Source: a virus (taxonomy: Duplodnaviria; Heunggongvirae; Uroviricota; Caudoviricetes; Schitoviridae). Taken from it: a DNA stretch of 64,000 nucleotides. The position numbers and the translations under genes were made by a program. Positions 21,201-29,684 of the stretch are shown here, piece by piece (positions within the stretch are counted from its first letter, which is position 1; each line of letters starts with the position of its first letter). The notes under the pieces were generated by a model. It was given only the letters and a program-made list of their open reading frames with translations. It did not search any database and was not told the origin of the DNA. The stretch spans positions 11,881 to 75,880 of the IMG/VR virus record IMGVR_UViG_2974672398_000001. One strand, written 5' to 3'.

Positions 21201-21937
21201 TAACCGAATAGGCTACCAGCTTTAGGAGCTGCAGGAGCACCAGCAGCTGGAGCACCAGCACCGGCTTTAACGCCTTTAGACTTGTCACGAACGTTGCCAC
21301 GGTTCTTCTCTTCCCACGCAGTCTTGAACGTAGCTTCACGTAGGCCTGCTTCAGCTTCAGTCACAGTTACTTCGAACTCTTCGTGGAAAGCTTTAACAAC
21401 TTCGTTCTGCTCCTTCGTCTCGCCACCCGGAGCGTAAGAACCATCTGGTTGCTGTACGTTCTTGTCAACGATCTGCTTTTCAACAGCTAGGATAACGCGC
21501 TGACCGATTAGATCATCGAACACGTCACGTTGTTGAGGAACTTCTTTACGTTGAGTAAAGTCGTAGATACCTACTGCACGAGACTCAGTATCTTGCTCAA
21601 ACAGCGGAGTGTCTGTAGCCAGTACACAGATGTCGTCTACAATACTGTAGCCCGGAAGTGGACGCTGCTTACCGCTACGCTTATCTTCGTAGTAGTGCTT
21701 GTTGCCTTTAGCATCACCAGAAGTTACCCACTGCTGAGAACGAAGCTTCTTGCCGTTGTCGTCTTCGAAGTCGAAGTTAACTGACATCGCACCGCCACGT
21801 GAATAATCCACGTATGCCATCTTGATAGTAACTGCGTATGTATCCGTATCCCAAGGACCGAAACCGCCACCGCCAAGTGAATCTACTGCTTTCTCAATTA
21901 CTACTGAATCTGCTTTAAGCTTATCGAATATACCCAT
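21200..21937 (-). CDS. Putative ssDNA-binding protein (N4 gp45-position / T7 gp2.5-like)
   Basis: At the end of the replication module next to a Sak4-like ATPase. Has a Gly/Ala/Pro-rich flexible C-terminal linker ending in SLFG. The call rests on synteny. Confidence 0.35.
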   Translation of the reverse strand: MGIFDKLKADSVVIEKAVDSLGGGGFGPWDTDTYAVTIKMAYVDYSRGGAMSVNFDFEDDNGKKLRSQQWVTSGDAKGNKHYYEDKRSGKQRPLPGYSIVDDICVLATDTPLFEQDTESRAVGIYDFTQRKEVPQQRDVFDDLIGQRVILAVEKQIVDKNVQQPDGSYAPGGETKEQNEVVKAFHEEFEVTVTEAEAGLREATFKTAWEEKNRGNVRDKSKGVKAGAGAPAAGAPAAPKAGSLFG

Positions 21938-21991
21938 TATAAATCTCTCTCTTTTGTTTTGAGGAGGCTCTTGCCTCCATTTAAATAATTA

Positions 21992-22007
21992 GTTTGTTTG
22001 TTTGTTT
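21992..22007. repeat. (GTTT)4 microsatellite next to the hairpin GGAGGC-TCTT-GCCTCC in the SSB/ATPase intergenic region
   Basis: Direct tandem repeat visible in the sequence. Confidence 0.6.
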
Positions 22008-22018
22008 CAGTTACGCGT

Positions 22019-22744
22019 CTACGCGTAGTACTCTTCTAGTCGCTCAAGGACTTTGGCACAATCATTATCGATGTAGATCTCTTTTGGACCCCACATGCCC
22101 ATCGGACTACGAATACGTTCGTTAACAGTCTTCTTGGTAAGTTGTACTTGGAATACGTGTTTGAAGCCTAGTGCTTCTTCTTGAGGTGTGATGTTAAGCA
22201 GATCACTCTCATTATCTTTAAGATCTTTGAGTTGAACTTTCTTAGCCGCCACAACCGTAGAGAAGTAAGCTTCTACACCTTGGTTCATGATAGAACCTTT
22301 AACTTTCACGCAGGTCTCTAAGATCGCATCTTCAGTCATTACATCACTTACGTGTGCAAGGAAGATTACGTTCTTGGTAGACTTAGCTACGTGCTGCTGC
22401 ATTAGACGTTTGAAGTACTGAGCATAGTCGCCCCAAGCCTTCATCGTGTTTGCAGAGTTGAGAACATACAGCGATTCGTATTGATCCATTAAGAAGCTTA
22501 ACGTATCGATTACGATCGTATGAATCTCTGGCATCGCTTCCGCTGCCGCAAAGCCTTCTTCGACTTGCGCAGGATCAACGATCTTGAATTCTTTAAATTT
22601 GCTACGAAACGGCAGTTTCTTACCCGCTTCTGTACCTAAGTACATAACACCTTCTGGATTAGCCAGATTCATTAGTGAAGCAGATTTACCTGCACCTGAT
22701 TTACCACCAACCAAAAACAGTTGGTCATTTACGTCATTAGACAT
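22019..22744 (-). CDS. P-loop ATPase (Sak4/RecA-like recombination or replication ATPase)
   Basis: Walker A motif LVGGKSGAGKS near the N-terminus. The size (241 aa) and position match N4 gp44. Confidence 0.55.
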   Translation of the reverse strand: MSNDVNDQLFLVGGKSGAGKSASLMNLANPEGVMYLGTEAGKKLPFRSKFKEFKIVDPAQVEEGFAAAEAMPEIHTIVIDTLSFLMDQYESLYVLNSANTMKAWGDYAQYFKRLMQQHVAKSTKNVIFLAHVSDVMTEDAILETCVKVKGSIMNQGVEAYFSTVVAAKKVQLKDLKDNESDLLNITPQEEALGFKHVFQVQLTKKTVNERIRSPMGMWGPKEIYIDNDCAKVLERLEEYYA

Positions 22745-22753
22745 GAGTGTTCC

Positions 22754-22960
22754 TTATGAGTTTACGGGAGGATATTTTTCATAGTCCTCCGCGCAGTCTT
22801 TATCACAGAACCGTCCACCTTCCGGTAGTTGCTCTGCACAATTGAGGCAGTAACCTGTTGAACGTTGTGACTTACTAAGGTCTTTACGGGCTGCCTCTAT
22901 CGAGATCTTCAACTTTTCTAGTTGTATTTGCTCCGCCTTTTCTAAATCACTGTCATTCAT
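22754..22960 (-). CDS. DksA/TraR-family C4 zinc-finger protein
   Basis: CLNCAEQLPEGGRFCDKDCAEDY carries a CxxC...CxxxC motif typical of the TraR/DksA zinc finger (68 aa). Confidence 0.55.
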   Translation of the reverse strand: MNDSDLEKAEQIQLEKLKISIEAARKDLSKSQRSTGYCLNCAEQLPEGGRFCDKDCAEDYEKYPPVNS

Positions 22961-23036
22961 ACCAGATCCTCCCTCAGTTCTTCGTCATACTCAGGAACCC
23001 AAATATCATCTTGATATTCTGAGGCCATTTGTACCC

Positions 23037-25202
23037 TTATTTTCTGCTTAGTTTGTTGCCTACCGACTTCATGATAGTCGAGTAGATCTCAGACAAGTCC
23101 ATGCTATCCGCCATCTTGCTATTTAGAGCAATGACCGCATCTTGCACTTCATCGTAGTCCTTACCCGAATCAACAAGCATTAGTGCATACTTGATCATCT
23201 GGTTTGAACGGTTGCCTTTGCCAGTCTTCTGAATGAACCAACGCTCTAGATTATCCAGAGATTGAAGATCCGTAACACGTTTCTTCTGTTCATCAGCTTT
23301 AGACGACTTAGGAATGAATGGTAGTACATCTAGGATTTCACCATCGTTGTACTCATATTCATTTTCATGGCTCATCCACTTACGCGGACGATCACAAGTA
23401 CCATCATCCACCTTGAACGGTAACCAGTCATAAATATTCTGCATAAACTCTTTGTAATCCTCAGAGTTAAGTTCCAATTTATAGTTGGTTGGGAACAAGA
23501 TTCGGAATCGGTCACCATGCTTAGTACCATCTGCCTCTAAGAGTTGATGGCGCTTAGTTGTATAGAACAAGCACTTGTGGTCTTTCAGCAGTAATTTAGC
23601 AGTTGCTAAACTAACCCCGTCATCCACATCAATCACTACCATGTTAAAGCCCGGGATGATGTTATCATCTGCTCTGTGACCATTTGTAAGGTGGTGAGCC
23701 ACCCAATGGATACCGTCTTCCTGAACTAACTCATGAAGGTCGTCCCATTTGTACACATGGTTTTGGTAGTTATATGCTACATCAGTAGACATAGAGAAGA
23801 TCATCTCGTCCATGTTCGATTCTTCCAGACTATCTGCCGAAAAGAACTCGATACCATCTACGAATGACTTCTTGATTACAATGTTGTTCTTATAGCCCCA
23901 AGCCGTTGCTAGGTTCATCTGCTCATTCTTGAATGCAGCAGAGCCTTTGAACGTAGGTACGTCCTCAAGCAAGTCAGCATATGTAACATCGGAACCCACG
24001 TCAGCTAAGTATTTAGCAAGTTTGACATGAGGCTTATCACGCTTCAGCAGTTCCTGGAGGGCATCCCCAGATTCTTCAACCAATTTGACCGCTTCTTCGA
24101 AGTGATTAGACTTAATGTTAGCTGATCCATCTATGAATGCGTATGTGCCCGCGAGTTTAAGAGCTTTGAAATAACGGTGTGTCATCTCAGCTCGTGCAAT
24201 AGATTGCATCTCAGGCATCATCCCCGCGCGTTGTGCACAGCGCATCTCATATTCGATGATCTCAAGTGTTACCGCTTGGTCTACCAGCAGTCGCTTACCG
24301 TGGTTCTGAGGCTCAGCAATCTTCTCTAGTTGGTCTGCAACATCTGCGAGGAATTTACTGTTATTAGTATCAGTACGACGTTTAAGTATCTCAGCTGGAT
24401 CTAGTGACAACATATCGTTAGTGTGGTTCTTAACGAAACCGAATAGACAGCGACGAGCATAGCCCGTAGACAAGAATGAGTAGAACTCTTCTTCTGTCTT
24501 GCCCCCATCAAACAGTTTGTCTGGAGTACCAAATAACATCATGTTAGTCGGAGTACACCCATCGATATCTTCTGAACGAACATTATCAACGGTGTTCTTG
24601 ATAAGCTTTGGCTTAGTCTTACCCACATCGTACAACTCTAAGAATGAGTTAAGTACATCCGTGTTAGCGATAAGGTTAGAGCCAATCTCATCCATCTCTA
24701 AGTTTACTGCACCGGTCTTGGCCATAAGTAACTTATGACGCATCTGCTTAACCGCAGGGGCAGTACCTTCTGAGAATGAGAATACAAACTTACCTAGTTT
24801 TGTGAACTCAATGTTCACGTCTTCACGTTCCTTATCAGGATCAGTACCGTTTTTGGCAGCACGCTCCATAGCAAGATCTTTTAAAGACTGCTCGCCAATG
24901 ATAGGAAGTGTATTTTTAAGGAAGAAGTCCTTAAACTTATGGATTACTTGGGTCTCAATCAGGTTAGTAGAATAACCCTTACTGAAGCCCGAAGGTGCTA
25001 AGTTAATAGCGTACATATTGATTGGAATAGTACCGCGATCCATTGTCTGGATTTCGGGTCTCATAGTCCCTACCACCTTAGCAAGGTAGTAAGCTATGAG
25101 TACTCGAAAGAATAGAGGGTTATCTGATTGCGTCTTGTTACACAAAACGCTAACCAGTTTCTCTGACAAAGGGTTATGCACCATTTGGTCGTATGACTTC
25201 AC
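23037..25202 (-). CDS. DNA primase-like protein (721 aa, N4 gp43 position)
   Basis: Large ORF between the ATPase and the nucleotide-metabolism genes. A D-rich motif MVVIDVDDGV suggests a catalytic Mg site. The call rests mostly on synteny and size. Confidence 0.4.
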   Translation of the reverse strand: MKSYDQMVHNPLSEKLVSVLCNKTQSDNPLFFRVLIAYYLAKVVGTMRPEIQTMDRGTIPINMYAINLAPSGFSKGYSTNLIETQVIHKFKDFFLKNTLPIIGEQSLKDLAMERAAKNGTDPDKEREDVNIEFTKLGKFVFSFSEGTAPAVKQMRHKLLMAKTGAVNLEMDEIGSNLIANTDVLNSFLELYDVGKTKPKLIKNTVDNVRSEDIDGCTPTNMMLFGTPDKLFDGGKTEEEFYSFLSTGYARRCLFGFVKNHTNDMLSLDPAEILKRRTDTNNSKFLADVADQLEKIAEPQNHGKRLLVDQAVTLEIIEYEMRCAQRAGMMPEMQSIARAEMTHRYFKALKLAGTYAFIDGSANIKSNHFEEAVKLVEESGDALQELLKRDKPHVKLAKYLADVGSDVTYADLLEDVPTFKGSAAFKNEQMNLATAWGYKNNIVIKKSFVDGIEFFSADSLEESNMDEMIFSMSTDVAYNYQNHVYKWDDLHELVQEDGIHWVAHHLTNGHRADDNIIPGFNMVVIDVDDGVSLATAKLLLKDHKCLFYTTKRHQLLEADGTKHGDRFRILFPTNYKLELNSEDYKEFMQNIYDWLPFKVDDGTCDRPRKWMSHENEYEYNDGEILDVLPFIPKSSKADEQKKRVTDLQSLDNLERWFIQKTGKGNRSNQMIKYALMLVDSGKDYDEVQDAVIALNSKMADSMDLSEIYSTIMKSVGNKLSRK

Positions 25203-25681
25203 GTAGTTCTCCCGTGATTTTCATGGTACCCATAGATCTTTTCTGCAGCTTTGCGTATAGCTACTGCTTTATCATAATCTACGTGAGTACCCAAGTGGAT
25301 TTTTCCCAGACGTACTGTCCATTTACCTCGGGTGTCCTTAGACACTCCCAGCTGACCTGACGTGTTGGTAGAGTATTTCTTCATGTTTTGGGCGTTACCT
25401 TCTGCACCTACTTCACGTAGGTTAACCGCCCTGTTATCTCCCTTGTCCCCATTAATATGATCAAGCATCTCAATGGGCCACTCGCCAGTTTGTAATAACC
25501 AGCATACGCGATGTGCCAAGTACAGGGTTCCTTGGTACCTAAATACTAGATATCCTCCAGTATTCTTAGTCCGGATTTTAGAACCTTTTTTCACATTATA
25601 TGCTGCATCAACCAACCAAGTCAGATCTCCAGTGTCTGGATCATATGCCACAACTTTAGCCATATCTTCATATGGTTTCAT
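25199..25681 (-). CDS. HNH homing endonuclease with an AP2 domain
   Basis: HNH_3 motif LDHINGDKGDNRAVNLREV. C-terminal AP2-like GVSKDTRGKWTVRLGKIHLGTHVDYDKAVAIRKAAE. Confidence 0.8.
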   Translation of the reverse strand: MKPYEDMAKVVAYDPDTGDLTWLVDAAYNVKKGSKIRTKNTGGYLVFRYQGTLYLAHRVCWLLQTGEWPIEMLDHINGDKGDNRAVNLREVGAEGNAQNMKKYSTNTSGQLGVSKDTRGKWTVRLGKIHLGTHVDYDKAVAIRKAAEKIYGYHENHGRTT

Positions 25682-25692
25682 TAAAACTCCTC

Positions 25693-26568
25693 TTAACCGT
25701 CAAACCATTCTTCATAGTTATCAGGTAGGACGTAACCACCGAAGTGGTAAATAAATAAGGTACGGACAGAAGCTGGGAAGTCGAAATCACCTCCATCAAG
25801 TTTTAAACTTGTGTCCAAGTAGTAGTTGAACTCGTCAGCCACCGGTTTGACGATACCCGGGGTATTACGACTGTTGTAAGGAATAGTATTCCACTTACAA
25901 TCATAACGTCCCATAGCTGCACAAATCATCGCCAAGTCTCCTTCGTCGTACGTATCATCGAATAGCTTAGGCGCCAATTCAGCAATAACAGTACCACGTT
26001 CAGCTTTGCCATAAGAGGCAGGGTTCTGATTCATGCCGATGTATTCAGTATCGCCAAGTAACGTTAGTAGTTCAATCTCGCCAACCTTTTCACGGATAAG
26101 CGATTTTAGTTGCTTGTTCACAACCATAGGTTTATTACCTACAAGCTCACCTTCATAAGGGTGATCATAGACAATCAACCCTCTTCGTAGAGGGTCGTAC
26201 TGTACCTTGATTTTAGATCCAACAACTGGAATATCTAACTTACCTATTCGATTGTAGGAAGCATATTGATGCTTCTTATTGCCTTTCACAGGGCTAAGAC
26301 CATAGAAGATCGTTGCCAATGAGTAGGTGCCCATCTCGATGATAGGGTACGTTTCATCATTTAGGAGTTCCCAATGCTTCAGTGGCGCACGGACATTCCA
26401 GTAGTCTGAGTCTGCTGATGCCTCTTTAATCAGGTCGAATGCCCTACGAAGTGTCAGTATATTATCCAACCTCATTAGAGATTCGAATGTGACGGTTAGA
26501 TGTTCCAGTTTCCCCGAAAGGGGGTAGAACTTTTTTCCTCTCGGTAGAGGAGCTGTTTTCATATCCAT
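25693..26568 (-). CDS. Hypothetical protein (291 aa)
   Basis: ORF with no recognisable motif. Confidence 0.4.
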   Translation of the reverse strand: MDMKTAPLPRGKKFYPLSGKLEHLTVTFESLMRLDNILTLRRAFDLIKEASADSDYWNVRAPLKHWELLNDETYPIIEMGTYSLATIFYGLSPVKGNKKHQYASYNRIGKLDIPVVGSKIKVQYDPLRRGLIVYDHPYEGELVGNKPMVVNKQLKSLIREKVGEIELLTLLGDTEYIGMNQNPASYGKAERGTVIAELAPKLFDDTYDEGDLAMICAAMGRYDCKWNTIPYNSRNTPGIVKPVADEFNYYLDTSLKLDGGDFDFPASVRTLFIYHFGGYVLPDNYEEWFDG

Positions 26569-27167
26569 TAGATTTTTAACTCTCCAGAGTTTATGTATTT
26601 AAGCAATGCATCCCTTAACAAAGGGTTGCTAGTATTAACAGCCTCCTTGTAGGCTAACTGTTGTTTGTGTTCCAAGTATGCTTCTGCTGCTTCTTCTGGC
26701 GAGGTGAATGAACCTAAATAAGTCCTTTTACCTTCATAAAAGCAGGAGGCACTGTAAGGTTTATTACGTTTACCTCCTAACTTGCGAACACCCACAGGAT
26801 ATTTACCCCTAGGCGTACGCATACCTACAAACATTGTGTTAATCCGTTGAGGAATGAACATACATGTATCTGGGGAGTAGGTTCGACTATTAGGGACTCG
26901 CAGGTCTTTATCCAACTCAAGATGCTTCCAGTCTTGGTTTTTCATCCAATCCTTGAAATTAGAGAAGGTTTTCCAGTCTTCACATACTTCACAATCATCG
27001 TGGGAAACTTTCCTCCCCCCATAACACCTGTTAAGCATTGAAGCCCATCTAGTATAGTAAGGGCAATCGCATACAGGTGAGTCAGAGTCATTAACCCCGA
27101 CACCGCATACCAGTTTGCTCACACTTTTAACTCCCCTGACTGAATATAAGCGTCTTTCTGGGTACAT
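26568..27167 (-). CDS. Homing-endonuclease-like protein: Cys/Trp-rich N-terminal domain plus AP2 domain. Paralog of 54675..55172 and 55326..55757.
   Basis: Shared motif YxRWxxMxxRCY...VCxEWxxFxxFxxW...LDKD...YSPDTCxF. C-terminal AP2 YLGSFTSPEEAAEAYLEHKQQLA. Confidence 0.55.
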   Translation of the reverse strand: MYPERRLYSVRGVKSVSKLVCGVGVNDSDSPVCDCPYYTRWASMLNRCYGGRKVSHDDCEVCEDWKTFSNFKDWMKNQDWKHLELDKDLRVPNSRTYSPDTCMFIPQRINTMFVGMRTPRGKYPVGVRKLGGKRNKPYSASCFYEGKRTYLGSFTSPEEAAEAYLEHKQQLAYKEAVNTSNPLLRDALLKYINSGELKI

Positions 27168-28135
27168 GCATTAAAACCGGCACAGTACATACAAGCACGT
27201 GGTGGTGGCTTAACCTCTTTAACGATACCAACAGAACCATCTTGGACAAACTTCAGATTCGCTTCCTGAGGTGAGTCAAACACCTTGGTAGCTCTAACCC
27301 CCTGAGGGTTCTTATAGTATTTCCATTTGGTTCCTGACCGCCAAAGCTCTTTATCCGTACATTCTGGTAAGGCATTCTCCGGCATACTAGAGTACATATC
27401 GATCTGGCTCAACTTACGTCGAATCCAGTTCTCAGTCCACTGGGTATCCTTTAACGGGAATTCCTTTTCCACCATGTCGGCAGGAGGATAATTTTTTTGT
27501 TTGGTGCTGTAGCTGTTCCAATCCTTGAAGAAGAATTGAATGGCCATAACATCCTTAGTAATAATATCGGGCATACCCCACTTATAGATACTACCCTGCA
27601 TAGAGTAGTCCTCATCCTTGTTACCAGATGTATAAGTGTAAGTACCTGTCTGTTTGAAATCTTCTAGGCGACCATCGCCACAGAAATCGAACTGACCTGT
27701 TACAATCCAACCGTCTAAGGGTTTATAGAAGCGTTGCTCCATATACACGGGGATTTGTCCCGGTTCAACCTTCTCAGGGTTTAGTACTACTTTGTCGATG
27801 ATCTTCTGAGGATATCCCAGAGCTTGCATCGAACCCTTGTAGTTATTCACCCAAGCACTTTCAATCGCATCGTGTAGAGCAGTACCGCCTCTGGACGCGC
27901 TCACGGCTGAGATATCAACTGGCTTTGCCATAGCGGTGCCATCGGCTCTGCTTGTCAAGATGATCTGTCGAGTACTTTTAAGAAGGGTTGTAGCTGAGAT
28001 GTATTTCTTCCCATCATCGGGAGGCTGCTGATATGTATCGTTAGCCAAATACACCGCTACGGATAGAGGTATGTTTCTATCATTAGTATAAGTTTTAGAC
28101 ATACTTACTCCTTTAGGAGGCCCTATGAGCCTCAC
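27119..28135 (-). CDS. PD-(D/E)XK family nuclease (Cas4/RecB-like exonuclease)
   Basis: Motif TGQFDFCGDGRLEDFKQTG (D...E.K). C-terminal Cys cluster CMYCAGFNAC. The true start is probably downstream of the track start, because of the overlap with 26568..27167. Confidence 0.5.
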   Translation of the reverse strand: MRLIGPPKGVSMSKTYTNDRNIPLSVAVYLANDTYQQPPDDGKKYISATTLLKSTRQIILTSRADGTAMAKPVDISAVSASRGGTALHDAIESAWVNNYKGSMQALGYPQKIIDKVVLNPEKVEPGQIPVYMEQRFYKPLDGWIVTGQFDFCGDGRLEDFKQTGTYTYTSGNKDEDYSMQGSIYKWGMPDIITKDVMAIQFFFKDWNSYSTKQKNYPPADMVEKEFPLKDTQWTENWIRRKLSQIDMYSSMPENALPECTDKELWRSGTKWKYYKNPQGVRATKVFDSPQEANLKFVQDGSVGIVKEVKPPPRACMYCAGFNACTQKDAYIQSGELKV

Positions 28136-28138
28136 TAG

Positions 28139-29227
28139 TTACAGATCATCAAAGTCCATATCTGCTGTATCATCAACCATAGCACCCACATTATACGAGG
28201 TAAGTTGAATCTCTTGAGCAGCCGATTGAACCTTGCTCCCATCTAGGTAGTTATCCATGTATGGAAGTGGGTTGTCTTTTGGTGCACGGAATGAAGCCGT
28301 TACACCTAATACGTCATACACAGGTTTAGCCATGTAACGTACGTAGCCTTTCAACATTGGAGCTGTTAGGCCAACTACTTGACGACCTTCGCTAAATGCG
28401 TAATCAGTCCAGTTAAGTTCATTGTCCACAATAGTATCCAAGATCGTTTTGATCTCTCCACCATTACGGGCAATAGCCGCTTGCCATGCTGGGTCTTTCA
28501 CTAAGATGTCTAGGATAGTGTAGTCCATCTTTGTGTGTAGTTTCTCATCACGAGCAATTAGCTTCACTAACTGAACGATACCTTGGAAGTGTCCACGTTC
28601 TCCGATAGCAAACGTCACTGCAAATGATGCCATGAAAGCGATAGCTTCCAGAGCAAATAGAGCAACGAATGCCAGAAGGATTGCGTCTTCACGTTCACGT
28701 TTAGCATCCTCATCCATCAGTACTGCACAACGTTTCTCAACGTCTGCAATACGATCGAAAGCTTCAACGATTGGACCGCTGCGTTGTAGTACTTCCATAT
28801 TGCTATAAGTTTCTTTCATCGCATCCGTTGGATTGATAAAAGTCTGCTTAACAATGTGCGAGTAGGTACGCGCATGAATCGTCTCAAAGAAGCTCCAAAG
28901 GTTAACTAGACCTTCTAACTCTGAGTTAGTGATATAAGGGGCTAGAGTCCCACTGATTGAACGTCCTGCGACACTATCAGCTAGCCATTGCCAGCTTACA
29001 GTCTTCACCATCAGGTCTACAGTTCCCGGGTCTAACGTCTTCATATCCATAGTATCCTGAGTCAGGTCTACTTCGAACTCCGACCAAAGTTGCGCTAACT
29101 GCTGTTGATATAATTCCTCCAGCTGAGGATATTGACGGTTAATCGTGTCAAATAGCCCCAAGTCTTCACCTAAGAATAAAGGATACTTTGTATCATACCC
29201 TTTATTATTTGCATTAAATTGAGTCAT
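28139..29227 (-). CDS. nrdB: Ribonucleotide reductase class I beta subunit
   Basis: Di-iron and tyrosyl-radical motifs are present (LAFVALFALEAIAFMASFAVTFA...ERGHFQGIVQLVKLIARDEKLH). Confidence 0.85.
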   Translation of the reverse strand: MTQFNANNKGYDTKYPLFLGEDLGLFDTINRQYPQLEELYQQQLAQLWSEFEVDLTQDTMDMKTLDPGTVDLMVKTVSWQWLADSVAGRSISGTLAPYITNSELEGLVNLWSFFETIHARTYSHIVKQTFINPTDAMKETYSNMEVLQRSGPIVEAFDRIADVEKRCAVLMDEDAKREREDAILLAFVALFALEAIAFMASFAVTFAIGERGHFQGIVQLVKLIARDEKLHTKMDYTILDILVKDPAWQAAIARNGGEIKTILDTIVDNELNWTDYAFSEGRQVVGLTAPMLKGYVRYMAKPVYDVLGVTASFRAPKDNPLPYMDNYLDGSKVQSAAQEIQLTSYNVGAMVDDTADMDFDDL

Positions 29228-29684
29228 GTTTAAAGTCTCCGTGTAACTCTGTGGCCTTAGTCTTGTATGCTTTAGCAGCCTCTATTTCAGTATCATAGGA
29301 ACCGAGCCAATAGCTCTTACCCTCATAATATATTCTAGAGAACCGCTTACCTGCGTTAGCATTAAAGTCCACGCCTTTAAAGGTCGAGGTCTTACCATAA
29401 CTTTTAGTGTTATGGGTTTGTTCCGCAGGTGTAGCCAGACGAAGGTTACTGATATTATTGTTTAGTTTATTCGTATCGATATGGTCAACAGTATACCCCT
29501 CAGGGATAGGACCATTAACACATTCCCATACAACATTGTGGTATTGATAGTAGGTGCCTTGATGTTGCACTTTAACGTAGTGCTTGCCAGTAGCACGGGG
29601 GTGCTTATTAAGCTTCCCCGTACTCTTAGTTCTCAAGTAACCCGCTTTCAAATCATATTCAAAAATATCAGTTACATGCGGCAA
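29214..29684 (-). CDS. HNH homing endonuclease with an AP2 domain, inserted between nrdA and nrdB
   Basis: VDHIDTNKLNNNISNLRLAT (HNH_3). AP2 YYEGKSYWLGSYDTEIEAAKAYKTKATELHGDF. Confidence 0.8.
   Translation of the reverse strand: MPHVTDIFEYDLKAGYLRTKSTGKLNKHPRATGKHYVKVQHQGTYYQYHNVVWECVNGPIPEGYTVDHIDTNKLNNNISNLRLATPAEQTHNTKSYGKTSTFKGVDFNANAGKRFSRIYYEGKSYWLGSYDTEIEAAKAYKTKATELHGDFKHDSI

Noticed and set aside
21200-21339. 21139..21339- and other small ORFs overlapping rusA/SSB (e.g. 21530..21784+)
   Set aside because: Out-of-frame overlaps with better-supported genes.
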